Of a DNA stretch of 64,000 nucleotides, positions 27,424 to 40,787 are shown piece by piece; within the stretch, counting starts at the first letter, position 1; the number at the start of each line of letters is the position of its first letter. Where the stretch lies: NCBI GenBank assembly GCA_951406725.2, contig OX597837.1, forward strand, positions 20,584,001-20,648,000. The letters are read 5' to 3'. The position numbers and the translations under genes are program-made. Below the pieces are notes generated by a model that was not told the origin of the DNA, did no database searches, and saw nothing but the letters and a program-made list of their open reading frames with translations. The stretch is from Octopus vulgaris. Taxonomy: Eukaryota.

Positions 27424-27806
27424 TGTATATAAGTATATATATATATATATATGGCCGCAGTCCTATGACAGATGTAAGTAAAAGACGAGCACTTTCGACG
27501 GTACCAGATTTAGTCCCCACGAATTCTGTTAAGGTGTTGGAGGGCAATTATTTGAGAAATGTTGCGAAATTTAAATAGTGGTACCTTTATTACAAACACA
27601 CACACACACTCATATATATATATATATATACATATTAGTACTCATTCAATTGGTCTTTAGACTAACTGTTAAGTTACGGAGACGTAAACACGCCAGCACC
27701 GGTTATCAAGCGGTGGTGAGAGACAAACACAGACATACATATACGACGGGCTTCCTTCAGTTTCCTTCTAATAAATCCACACACAAAAACCTAGAGCCAT
27801 TATATA

Positions 27807-27931
<125 letters not shown>

Positions 27932-28837
27932 TGACGTATGTACTAATGTATTTTTTTCACAACATTGGCTGCGATACATGTGTATGTGCACTTTTGTCTA
28001 GCTATGAAAGTAGGCCCACAAGGGTTTGTTTTTTGTTTTTGTTATTCTTTCAGCAGTTCAGGACGAGAACAGAACCGACCTAGTTTTTCACTGTTACTTA
28101 ACAGTTCATCAGAATCCGCCCACCGCTCCCTCCCTAACTGGAAATGATAGTAGTTGGAGGCTACTTAATAACATGTAAACAAGTATCTATCTACACCACA
28201 AATTCATATGTAGACACACAGAGATCCGTGCATAAGCCCACCCATACGAATACACTGAAGGTGTGTAAGTGTTGTGATTGAATTACGTTATGGATACGTT
28301 ACCCTTCGAAGACTCAGTGCTTCAGCTTTGCATACATACAACAGTTCACTGTTGTAATTTCACACACACAGAATAAACAAAAGGTTGACTCAGCTCCTCT
28401 CGAAAGTTTCGTGGAGCACGTTCATCTCATGATTGTGTGTGTTTGTGTGTGTGTGTGTACATATATACATATATATAAATATATATATACACATATATAA
28501 ATTATATATATATATATATACACACACATATATACTTACATATATACATACATATATATATATATATATACACATACATACATATATATATACTTATATA
28601 TATATATACATACACATACATACATATATATATACTTATATATATATATACATACACATATATATATATATATATATATATACCTATATATATATACATA
28701 TATATATTTATATATATATACATACATACATATATACTTATATACATACATATATATATATACATATATACATATATATACATACATATACATACATATA
28801 TATACATAAATATACATACATATATATATATACATAA

Positions 28838-28873
<36 letters not shown>

Positions 28874-28965
28874 ATACATTTACATAAATATACATACACA
28901 TATATATATATATATACATAAATATACATACACATATATATATATATATATACATAAATATACAT

Positions 28966-29018
<53 letters not shown>

Positions 29019-29399
29019 TAATTTCATTAACGTTTTGTTGTGCATAATATACAATTCCCTGTAGGAAGTGACGAAGAGAGATGATAAACCCAGTGCAATA
29101 AACGGACACACTTGGCCCACATTAGATTTCATCAGAAGGTAACTGAAAACTCCAATATGAGGCGAGCGGACAGCTGGAGAAATCTTGAAAGGATTGAACC
29201 TTCGACAAGCAGGTATTTCAGCCCCTAAGTTTCCGACCCTCTAAGGGAGCCGGGTCCACCTAAGTCATGATACCTAGGTATCGATCGTTCTGCTGTTTTT
29301 GCAATGCCACCTTTAGTGGGGTTTGAACTCAGAATCTTCGTGTGATCTTGTTTCCCTGCACGGTGGAGTATATCGCTCGACCATGAAGACCACCGCAAG

Positions 29400-30420
29400 A
29401 AGCTGCACTATGGATCTATTTCAAACTGGGTTTCCCTCCTGCTATGTTTAGCGGCTTGCAAGATTCCTTGTTACCTCTAATTTCGGTTCTCTTTGCTAAT
29501 GATCACACTGACCCCTTATCAGCTGTCTCGTTGCTGTTCTTTTGCGACCTTTGAGACCAAGCTGACCAAGAATTCGCCAAATGAAGGCTGCGACGCCAAC
29601 ATTCACAGCCTTTACTGTACAACGGTACACCTCCTTTGTCAGTTCTTTTATAAGGTCACCATACTTCCTCATTTTAATCGTTGCCAGCAGGACCAAGATG
29701 ATTCTGACACCTGATTTCGACCAAAAGACAATATCTGGTCTTAGATCTTTCATACTTAAGAAATTTAGATAATGTACGCGCCAGTCTGGGAGGTCTGCAG
29801 GTATTTCCCATTCCCAGGTATTCCCCAAGGCGGCGAGCTGGCAGAAACGTTAGCACGCCGGGCGAAATGCTTAGCGGTATTTCGTCTGCGTTACGTTGTG
29901 AGTTCAAATTCCGCCGAGGTCGACTTTGCCTTTCATCCTTTCGGAGTCGATAAATTAAGTACCAGTAACGCACTGGGGTCGATGTAATCGACTTAATACC
30001 TATGTCTGTCCTTGTTTGTCCCCTCTGTGTTTAGCCCCTTGTGGGTAATAAAGAAATAGGTATTTCCCATTCCCTTTCCAGTCCAACTAGATTTTGTTCG
30101 TGCACAACTTCATGCCTGAGAATCTTTCCAGACGCAAACCACTTCAAACATCAAGACTGAGTTTGTAGCTTGGGACTACACTTGACCTCTGATTGTACGA
30201 ATTGGCCCTTCTGTTGTGTCTCAACGTGTAACTGACATGGCCCGCCTTACAGGAACTAAGCACATGCTCCATTGTTTTGTGGTTTGTCCCTGCATAGTAT
30301 ATTATACTCAGAAACGTTTGTCTCCCGATGATAGTACAAAAAAAACGGACAAAAATGTTCATTGGTTGATTTCATTAGCACCAGAGGGAGTTACTGCGCA
30401 GCTGGCCTCATGAATGATCT
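29400..30420 (-). pseudogene. Second HERO-type RLE retrotransposon relic, interrupted by a SINE
   Basis: MEHVLSSCK...YTLRHN (CCHC zinc-knuckle region) at about 30215-30275 and DLRPDIVFWS...KYGDL...AVNVG (RLE) at about 29580-29750. Boundaries approximate. Confidence 0.8.
29829..30065 (+). mobile_element. SINE family A, full length, with 17-bp flanking direct repeat
   Basis: aggtatttcccattccc occurs at both 29799-29815 and 30058-30074. Confidence 0.93.
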
Positions 30421-31078
30421 CAGTTACCGAATCTTTTCAACCTGCGCAGTTATATATGAGACGCTATTATTTAGTATGCAGATACACTCTCCCGATGTAG
30501 TCCCACCCAAGCCATAAAGCCACATTGTTAATATTCATATTCAATATAACAACCATTATCTCCCCTAAAAGGGAAACGTCATTAAATGCTGCAAATACGC
30601 AATTTGCGAATGCTATAAATAGTGATAAACTACTATTCTCTTGTGTGCTGAGGAAAATAAGTGATCGATCTCTGATGAAGTGGTAGAAAAATTCTGAAAT
30701 TAGAACGATTATGCTTGTGTTGGTCACTGCGTAAACGAAAAAGAAAGAAGCCTGGGATTTAACCCAAGTATATAAAACTGCTTACTACACACACACATTT
30801 TGAGTTTACCTTATATCGCCTCTTATCCTTGCGTTGTTTGGAGTTTCTGTTAATATAATAAATACTTGCATTTTAATTAAATGAATTACTGTATAAATTG
30901 TATAAGGAAACTAATGCAGATTAACCAATTTGGAAGTAGAGAAACCCTGTCGAAGAAATAGCGTACGATTACTTTAGTATAAATTGCTCAGTAATAGGGT
31001 ACAGTTGGGATGTGTGTATAATGTGTCGAGAATACAGGGAAAAATATATGGCTTGGGGCGTTACCGTTTCGAAATATT

Positions 31079-31294
31079 GCTTTCAAATTTTGGCACAAGG
31101 CTAGCAGCTTCAGGTGAGAGGCTAAGTCGATCAAATCGACCCCGACCCCAGTGTTCAACTGGTGCTTATTTTATCGACTCCGAAAGGGTGGAAGGCAAAG
31201 TTGACCCAGGCGGAATTTGAACTCAGGACGTTAAGACGGACGAAATGCTGAGCATTTTGTCCCGACGCGCTAACGATTTTGCCAGCTCGCCGCC
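31079..31294 (-). mobile_element. SINE family A variant with ~18-bp TSD
   Basis: Flanks are ttaccgtttcgaaatatt (31061) and ttaccgcttcgatatatt (31295). Confidence 0.85.
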
Positions 31295-31726
31295 TTACCG
31301 CTTCGATATATTAACACTTTTAGTTCTTTCGGTTACTGGATTGTAGCCAAGCTGGGTAACCACTAATTTGAAAGGTCCTAGTTGGTTAAGGCCATCTTTG
31401 AACATATTTCATCGATCTCTACTTTCGTAGCGCCACTAACCTACAGAACGAAGAGAAACCAAATGATTTTTCAGGCAGTGTTAAACATAGAAAAAATTAT
31501 AGCTGGACAGACATACAACACGGGTGCGCGAGTCTTCCACTTAGTTTCCGTCTACCAGTTTAACACGCAAATAAATTGGCCAGCAATTGTTCTATAGTAG
31601 AACAAAACACTTGCAAAGATGCCACGCAATGAGACTGGACTTCAAACCACGCTGCGCGCGTGTATATATGAAAGAGAAAGAAAACGAGAGAGAGAGAAAG
31701 AAAACGAGAAAGAGAGAGAGAGAGAG

Positions 31727-32000
31727 CGTGGCCTAGTGTTGAGGAACTTACACTCACGATCGCGAGATGCCGTTTCGATTCCCGGATCGGGCGGTGCATT
31801 GTGTTCTTGAACAAAACACTTCATCTTGCGTTGATCTGCGATCACTTCGACATCTGACCGTATGGCAACACAGTGCACGTGTACAGGCGATGTTGGTTTA
31901 ATGGAGGGAGTGTGCTAATGTACACTACAAACAAGCGATCCCTATAAGCGAATCATCAGTGTATATTTAGCAAGAAGCGACAGAAACCTCATCTGTCGTT
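31727..32000 (+). mobile_element. SINE family D copy (tRNA-like head; cttgaacaaaacacttcat body)
   Basis: Head gtggcctagtg..gtttcgattccc; related minus-strand fragments at about 7680-7775 and 43755-43880. Confidence 0.65.
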
Positions 32001-32309
32001 TATGAGAGGAAAGGGCGCAAAAATACAAATAGTTTTTTGTTTTTTTCATTGAAACTGAAACTGAAAGTTTTGTCTGGTGACGAGAGTTTCAAGTCACAGC
32101 GATCCTCAGAATATTCTTTCTTCATTCGCTCACCATATAGCAATGTGTGTTTGCGTATTAATACACACACACACGGAAACAAAGAAACAAAAAACAGTGC
32201 AGCTTTGTTGTACGAACTGTAACAAAGCTGTACTGTTGGTTTCTTTTGAATTGCAGGTTCAATCCATGCAACGGGTTTCGATTCAATTTCCGTAAATCCA
32301 ATTTCACTC

Positions 32310-32743
32310 AAAAGACATGGCTATAAAGAATGCCATTTGCTCGATGTCGGCCTGAGCGTTCGAACTCAAGACCTGAGAAAGGAGCGCGGAATTCTAGGAC
32401 TAAGCTTGCCGAGTGAAGGGCAAAATTTCCAGAGAAACGATACTCATAAACACCAAGAAAAATTGTTGTATACACTATAAGAGAAAAATAAAAACACCAT
32501 CGGATTTGTGGAGAGAGGCACCCCCCAGAAGGAGCCACGACAGCACATACTCGGGCAGTTGTCGAATGGTACCCGCCCAAACGGAAGAGACCACTCGGAA
32601 GACCCCCAATCAGAGGGAGGAACACCATTTAAGAAAGATGTTCGGAACAACGTGGGGGTGGGTAGCAAGAGCACGAAGAAAACAGAGCGAATGCTGGGGC
32701 CAACGGAGCTGATTCGACACCAGACAGCCAGGCTGATCCAGGC

Positions 32744-32780
<37 letters not shown>
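32310..32780 (+). pseudogene. RTE-clade LINE 3' end relic with (CA)n tail
   Basis: Frames give TRAVVEWYPPKRKRPLGRPP and KMFGTTWGWVARAR, resembling the RTE C-terminal W.P..KR..GRP..RW motif; followed by (CA)n. Confidence 0.75.
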
Positions 32781-32783
<3 letters not shown>

Positions 32784-33049
32784 CACACGTTAACATATAT
32801 TCTTCACACCACTGGACGTGATACCAGTACATCGCAGGATTTCCCATTTTGCCAGCTGAATGCAATGAAGCAAAATGAAATATATATATATATATACATA
32901 TATATTACTGAAGAGGTCATGGGCCAACAGGTTTTTGGAATCTGACGATATGTCATTAAGTTAAGCACTTTAAGGACGGGAACCCTAAGGTAAGCCCATA
33001 AACCAGCCTTCCCCATTTTTAATGTGTATTGTTTGTTTTTTGTTTGTTT

Positions 33050-33281
33050 TTCCAGTTTCAGCTCTTGAGCTGTGGCCATGCTGGGGCACCGCCATTGTGG
33101 TGAAAGAGTACAGCAGGGATCACCACCCCCTGCCGGAGCCTCGTAGAGCTTTTTTAGGTGTTTTCGCTCAATAAACACACACAACGCCCGGTCTGAGAAT
33201 CGAAACCGCGATCCTGCGACCGCGAGTCCGCTGCCCTAACCACTAGGCCATTGCGCCTCTAACCACTAGGCCATTGCGCCT
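33050..33281 (-). mobile_element. SINE family C head joined to the shared stem-loop tail; 23-nt head duplication
   Basis: ctaaccactaggccattgcgcct is tandemly duplicated (33236-33258, 33259-33281). The tail reads ggcggtgccccagcatggccacagctcaagagctgaaac on the minus strand. Confidence 0.88.
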
Positions 33282-33389
33282 ATATGTATACATATATATA
33301 TATATATATGTATGTACGTATGTGTATATATATGTATATATATATATATATACATACATATACGCATGAGTGTATATATATATATGTAC

Positions 33390-33460
<71 letters not shown>

Positions 33461-33464
33461 ATAC

Positions 33465-33510
<46 letters not shown>

Positions 33511-33517
33511 ATATATG

Positions 33518-33805
33518 GAGGACTCGCGGTCGTACGATCGCGGTTTCGATTCCCAGACCAGGCAGCTCCACGCGGCTCCTGCATGGAGTGGTGGCAAACC
33601 GTGTGGTACTCTTTCACCACAACTTTCTCCCACTCTTTCTTCCTGTTTCTATTTCAAAGAGCCAGCCTTGTCACACTCAGTGTCACGCTGAAACTCCCCG
33701 TTAAGGGTACACGTGTCTATGGAGTTCTCAGCAACATCCACATTCATTTCACGAGCAGCCTGTTCCGTTGATTAGATCAGCTGGAACCCTAGTCGTCGTA
33801 AACGT
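33518..33805 (+). mobile_element. SINE family C copy, 5'-truncated
   Basis: Homologous to 26450-26785 in the opposite orientation. Confidence 0.82.
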
Positions 33806-33809
33806 ACAT

Positions 33810-33871
<62 letters not shown>

Positions 33872-33919
33872 GTACATATCTGTATATGCATATATATTTA
33901 CGTATATACATATATACGT

Positions 33920-34259
33920 ATGTGTGGCTGTGTTAAGGAGCTTGCTTACGAACCACATGGTTCCAGGTTCAGTCCCACTGCGAGGCACCATGGGCAAGTG
34001 TCTTCTACTATAGCCTCGAGCCGACTAAAGCCTTGTGAGTGGATTTGGTAGACGGAAACCGAAAGAAGCCTGTCGTATTTGTATATGTTTCTGTGGTTGT
34101 CCCTCCAACATCACTTGACAACCGATGCTAGTGAGTTTACGTCCCCGTAACCGGGCGGTTTTGCAAAAGGACCGATAGAGTAAGTACTAGGCTTACAAAG
34201 AATAAGTCCTGGGGTCGATTTGCTCGACTAAAGTCAAAAGACTGAAGCAAAAGAATAAA

Positions 34260-34260
<1 letters not shown>
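33920..34260 (+). mobile_element. SINE family B copy
   Basis: Matches the consensus head and body. Confidence 0.88.
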
Positions 34261-34311
<51 letters not shown>

Positions 34312-35015
34312 AGTAGGAGCAGCGGCATCGGACTCCCTTGTTGACCAAGTGCCACGTATCAGAGGTGGATTCACATATTAGTGTAGCTCATTCAGCGGTA
34401 GTGCCCCAGCATGGCCGCAGCCTTCGGGCTAAAACATTTTTAAGGATTTAAGGATATATATATTAATATATAAATATATATATTATAAATATATAAACAT
34501 ATATATATATAAGTATATATAAATATATATATTATAAATATATAAACATATATATATGTTTGCAAATACCGAAAGGGCACAGAAAGTGTGCCTAAAGCCA
34601 GCTGGAGACGATGTTCTCCTGGTGATACAAGCTACAGTAACACCCACCCTTAGTGGTTAGCCATATTGAGATGGCAAATATACCTCACATTGTCCTGCAG
34701 TTACTGTTTATACCTCGTTCATAGATTTATTATTGCTTATATATATACTAAGTATCGCCGGCGTTGGTTTGTAGAAATAACTTAAAGCATTTTAGAGTTA
34801 TAGCCAAAAATAAAAAAAATGGAAAAATGGTAATTTTGGATTAAAAAGGAGTTGCGTCCTAGACATGATCTCGACCCCATGTCAATTTATCGATTTTTTC
34901 GAACTGGGGAACTTTCAAAATTTTCGCTGCGTTAGTTTTGAATTATGACATGATGTGTATAAGTTTCATATATATATATAGAAGATTATTGCTTATACGT
35001 CGTCAATAGTATATA

Positions 35016-35080
35016 ACTCTCTCTGTCTATATATATGCATGTATTTATGTATGGATATATATATATATATATATATATAA

Positions 35081-35115
<35 letters not shown>

Positions 35116-35137
35116 TATATATTTTATATTTATAATA

Positions 35138-35181
<44 letters not shown>

Positions 35182-35226
35182 AAGTATATATATATTATAA
35201 AAATATATATAAACATAAATACATAC

Positions 35227-35264
<38 letters not shown>

Positions 35265-35301
35265 ATACATAAATACATGCATATATATAGACAGAGAGAG
35301 T
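35016..35301. repeat. Foldback palindrome (~286 bp) with perfect outer arms
   Basis: actctctctgtctatatatatgcatgtatttatgtatggatatata is the exact reverse complement of the right arm ending at 35301. Confidence 0.9.
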
Positions 35302-35443
35302 CCTAAATGTACTTTAGTGACTGACGGGCCAACAGTTTCGTGCTAAAACACTTGCGAAGAATTTCTTTGATAAGGGGTTTAAGCATAAAACTTTTGGCCC
35401 CGTGTCACTGATATTACTTAAGGACTTGAAATAACGAGCATGC

Positions 35444-35497
<54 letters not shown>

Positions 35498-35770
35498 TGT
35501 GGGAAGCAGATGTAGAGTACATTGGTATGTATATCAGAAAATAAAGAAAAACGATACAAAAGAGAATCAAGAGTGAGTAAGCAAAGGGGAAACAGACCCC
35601 ACAAACCCCCACACGCGCCGATGTGTGTTTGTGGAGTTGTTGTCTCCCTACCTTAGCCCTTGGCTTCGCTTATCAAACTTTTATCTGTGTTGGCCTCATT
35701 CAACTGTGTGGGAACCCAAAGTCCATCATGTTCACTTATTTCGCTCTCATCGCATTTTTACACACATAGG

Positions 35771-36300
35771 CGTAGGGGTGGCTGTGTGGTAAAGAGCTTG
35801 CTTACCAACCACATGGCTCGGGTTCAGTCCCACTGTGCGGCACATTGGGCAGGTGTCTTCTACTATAGCTTCGGGCCGTAGGGGTGGCTGTGTAGTAAAG
35901 AGCTTGTTTCCCAACCACATGGTTCGGGTTCTGTCCCACTGTGCGGCACATTGGGCAGGTGTCTTCTACTATAGCTTCGGGCCGTAGGGGTGGCTGTGTG
36001 GTAAAGAGCTTGCTTACCAACCACATGGATCGGGTTCTGTCCCACTGTGCGGCACATTGGGCAGGTGTCTTCTACTATAGCTTCGGGCCGTAGGGGTGGC
36101 TGTGTGGTAAAGAGCTTGCTTACCAACCACATGGATCGGGTTCAGTCCCACTGTGCGGCACATTGGGCAGGTGTCTTCTACTATAGCTTCGGGCCGTAGG
36201 GGTGGCTGTGTGGTAAAGAGCTTGCTTCCCAACCACATGGTTCGGGTTCTGTCCCACTGCGCGGCACATTGGGCAGGTGTCTTCTACTATAGCCTCGGGC
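35771..36300 (+). repeat. Tandem array of 5 x 106-bp SINE family B heads
   Basis: Units start at 35771, 35877, 35983, 36089 and 36195. The last unit continues into the normal SINE body (to about 36350). Confidence 0.95.
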
Positions 36301-37121
36301 TGACCAAAGCCTTATCAGTGGATGGATGGAAACTGAAAGAAGCCCGTCGTACACATATACGTGTGTATGTCCCCGCCATCGCTTGATAACCGGTGCTTCT
36401 TTCAGTTTCCATCTATCAAATATGACGGGCTTCTTTCAGTTTTCGTCTACCAAATCCTCTCACAAGATTTTGGTTGGCGCGGGGCTATAGTAGAAGACAG
36501 TTGCCCAAGAAACCACGCACTGGGACTGAACTCGGAATCATGTGGTTGGGAAGCAAGCTTCTTATCATAAAGCCAAAATATCCTTTCTACTGTAGGTATA
36601 GAGCCTGGCATTTTATTGGGGATGGGAGGGTGTTAGTCGATTACATCGACACCAGTATTAAACTGGTACTTGCCTTAGCAACTCAGAAATGTTGAAAAGC
36701 AAAGCTGACCTTGGAGGAATTTGAACTCGGAGCATAAAGACGCACGAAATGCCGCTCAGTATTTGTGCGAAATACATACGTAAGTACGTGTGTGTGTGTG
36801 TGTGTGTGTGTGCGAGGATATGTGCCCTAGAGGTCAGGAAGTTGGGTGCATAAGTCATAAGGATTACTATTCCTAGACGGGTAACGTGATGAGTTTTTGA
36901 AGATACTTCATTTTCACGTGCTTCACTCGACTCAGTCGAATGCTAATGCCGATCTCCCCCACCCTCCACCCCAGTTGGCATTACATCTCTGCTGATCCTC
37001 AGAGTCAAGGGTTAGGGGAACACCGAGAGAGTGTCAATGTATGCACGCGATTACACAGTCCCCTGAAACAATTAGAGAAAGATTGGTGCGTCTAAGCGTG
37101 TCATTATTTCGGGGGCGGAAC

Positions 37122-37535
37122 GCGGCGAGCTGGCAGAATCGTTAGCACGCCGGGCGAAATACTTAGCGGCATTTCGCCCCCTCTTTATGCTCTGAGTTCA
37201 AATCCCGCGAAGGTCGACTTTGCCCTTTCATCTCTTCAGAGTCGATAAAATAAGTATCAGTTACGCACTGGAGTCGATATAATCGACTTAATCCGTTTTT
37301 TCTGTCCTTGTTTGTCCCCTCTGTGTTTAGCCCCTTGTGGGTAGTAAAGAAATAGGTATTTCGTCTGTCGTTACGTTCTGAGTTCAAATTCCGCCGAGGT
37401 CGACTTTGCCTTTCATCCTTTCGGGGTCGATACATAAAGGACCAGTTACGCACTAGGGTCGATGTAATCGACTTAATCCATTTGCCTGTCCTTGTTTGTC
37501 CCCTCTATGTTTAGCTCCTTGTGGGTAATAAAAAA
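37122..37535 (+). mobile_element. SINE family A head-to-tail dimer
   Basis: The tail aaagaaata joins ggtatttcgtctg (an internal position of the SINE) at 37355. Confidence 0.9.
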
Positions 37536-37949
37536 GAAAAGAAAAAATAAGTACTATAAGCCATACACAATAAGGGGAAGGGGTCAAAAGCTGTACAAAC
37601 CACTTCCAATCCATGCAAGCAAAATATGTATCATATGATGGCATAAAAAACGCAATTGTTCCCTTTAAAATACTTCGAAAAACAATGGAAAAAACACCTA
37701 AGGTCCTCAATGTGAAATTGGGGTTCCAATAAGCTTTTAATGCGCTAAAACTTTTCTTTCCCCCTTGAAACTCAGGTATGTCTACTATGCCTGTGCATCT
37801 TTTATCTCAACTATATAATTAGTTGGCCACGGTAAAAAGCAAAACAAAATGTGCGCGCGCAAGCACACACACACACACACTAAGGAGCCAATACATAATT
37901 ACTCAACCTACTAAAAATATCAGCCAAGCTTCCCTCGAGCCATAGAAAC

Positions 37950-38047
37950 TTGGCACCTTGAGCAACTGTCTTCTACTATAGCCTCGAGCCGATCAAACCT
38001 GTTGAGCGGATTTGGTAGACGGAAACTGAAGGAATCCCGTCGTATAA

Positions 38048-38084
<37 letters not shown>

Positions 38085-38295
38085 TGTGTGTCTGTGTTTG
38101 TCCCTCCCTCCCCCCGCCAACATCGCTTGACAACCGATGCTGGTGTGTGTGCGTCTCCGTAACTTAGAGGTTCGGCAAAGGAGTCCGATAGAATAAGTAG
38201 TAGGCTTACAAAGAATAAGTCCTGGGGTCGATTTGCTCAACTAAAGGCAGTGCTTCAGCATGGCCGCAGTCAAATGACTGAAACGAGTAAAAGAG
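37950..38295 (+). mobile_element. SINE family B, 5'-truncated
   Basis: Body and tail match the consensus. Confidence 0.88.
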
Positions 38296-38333
38296 TATAT
38301 ACACACGTACATGCATATATATCCATATATATC

Positions 38334-38371
<38 letters not shown>

Positions 38372-38419
38372 CATATATATCCATATATATCCATATATAT
38401 ATATATATATATGCATATA

Positions 38420-38471
<52 letters not shown>

Positions 38472-38481
38472 TATATATATG

Positions 38482-38512
<31 letters not shown>

Positions 38513-38519
38513 GCATATA

Positions 38520-38550
<31 letters not shown>

Positions 38551-38820
38551 GCATATATATATATATATGCATATATATACATATATATGCATATATATAT
38601 ATATGCATATATATATATATATCATATATGCATATATATATATATGCATATATATATATATGCATATATATATATATATATATATATATGCATATATATA
38701 TATATATGCATATATGCATATATATATATATGCATATATATATATATATATGCATATATATATATATATGCATATATATATATATGCATATATATATATA
38801 TATGCATATATATATATATA

Positions 38821-38881
<61 letters not shown>

Positions 38882-39094
38882 CCACCCCTAACAGGCCAAA
38901 TGTCGTCCCGCCTAAAACTTGACACCCTCTCCACCACGGGTCCCATAAATGCACTAATTGTAAAATGTACCACCCGTCTTCTCGGCGAATGACAATGGAC
39001 TTGAAGTTTCGGCCTTACTGCTTTCAATGAACAAACATACATACATAAGAAAATGAAATGACAGAGGAATAAGCAATTATCTTGTGAACTGCAT

Positions 39095-39177
39095 TAGCTT
39101 ACAGCTGTTTCAGCAATAAGATGCAGTGGATTCATAGATGAGTGCCTGAGTAACATCTGATGGCTTCATCGGAGTCT
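39095..39177 (-). ncRNA. Degenerate Penelope-type hammerhead ribozyme
   Basis: The minus strand reads CCGATGA-AGC...GCT-GAAACAGCTGTA, with palindromic helix III ACAGCTGT and a GUA site. The core has U4>C and helix I is weak. Confidence 0.6.
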
Positions 39178-39496
39178 CGAATATACATGCATGTATGTAT
39201 ATATGTATGTAAGTATAAACACGGGTGAATGATTGTGCGGTTAAATAAATTTGATGATTAACCACAACTTCAATTTCTGGGTTTTCCTGTTGTGTTTACA
39301 GCAGGTGTCTTCTGCTAGAGAAACTGGCCGACCAACGCTTTCTGAGTGACTTCTGTAGATGTATGTGTGTGTTTGAGATAAACACTGTCGTCTGAAAAAG
39401 GCCTATTAACGCCATTCCAACTAAAGCGGTTCGTCAAAACAATCGATAGAATAATTCCACATGGATTTTGATCGACTAACATACACACAGACATAC

Positions 39497-39577
<81 letters not shown>

Positions 39578-39729
39578 AAGATTATATAAGATTAATCAGC
39601 CGAAATTGCGAGGATGATCCGGTTCTTGACTGAAGATTAGAGGCTTCGAATGACCCGTCCGTTTTTTTGTGTCGTCTATTTGAATGTTTTGCGTTCTTGT
39701 CCCATTTTGTATTTTTATATATATTTTTT

Positions 39730-39773
<44 letters not shown>

Positions 39774-40104
39774 ACACACAAATGTTATCAAAGTAAAAAT
39801 TTAAATAATGAACGTATAATACGGCAACGATACACTATACCATTTACACACACATATTGCATATAACTATATGTATACATTAGTTATAATTGCATTTATA
39901 TATGAGTACACACATATACAATATACAAACATACATATATAACTTAGGGACTGACTGGTTAGGAATTTCATTTCGCAACCATATGGTCTCGGGTTCCAAC
40001 TAAATGCGATTTTGAAATTGGCAGATGTGTTTGCAAGGACCTAATCAAAGATACATTACATATAGAAGTAGAATAATAGTAAGAATTTTATATATGTATG
40101 TATA

Positions 40105-40297
40105 TTCTTTTACGCGTTTCAGTCATTTGACTGCGACCATGCTGGAGCACCACCTTTAGTCGAACAAATCGATCGCAGGACTTATTCTTTATAAGTCAAA
40201 TACTTATTCTATCGGTCTCTTTTTACCGGGGACGTAAACACACCAACATCGGTTGTCAAGAGATGGTAGGAGACAAACATAGACACAAATAACAAAT

Positions 40298-40334
<37 letters not shown>

Positions 40335-40498
40335 CGACGGGCTTCTTTCAGTTTCCGTCTGCGAAATCCACTCACAAGACTTTAGTCGGCTCGAGGTTAT
40401 AGTAGAAGACGCTTGCCCAAGGTGCCATGCAGTGGGAATGAACCCGGAACCATGTGGTTGAGAAGCAAGCTTCTAACCACAAAGCTACTCTTGCGCCT
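40105..40498 (-). mobile_element. SINE family B, near full length
   Basis: Reverse complement of the consensus from head ggcgcaagagtagct to tail. Confidence 0.9.
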
Positions 40499-40748
40499 AT
40501 ATATATCTTCATATTTTCATTTTTCGCTTACTGGTTTCAACCAAGAGGCTACTGATACTTATTCTACCGATGTCTTATTAAAGAACTTCCAATTTACGGG
40601 GACGTAAAGAAACCAACACCGGTTATCAAGCGGTAACGGGGGAACAGATAGAAAGACACACGCACAGATTTACACGGCAGAGTTCTTTGAATTTCTGTCA
40701 ACCAAATCCACTCACAAAGCCTGTGTCAGCCCGGGGATATAGTAAAAG

Positions 40749-40787
<39 letters not shown>

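Noticed and set aside
30671-30710. CTGATGA...GAAA as a hammerhead
   Set aside because: No helix III or helix I; likely a chance match.
35771-36300. 106-bp periodic array as CRISPR
   Set aside because: The units are contiguous with no unique spacers and are clearly SINE-derived.
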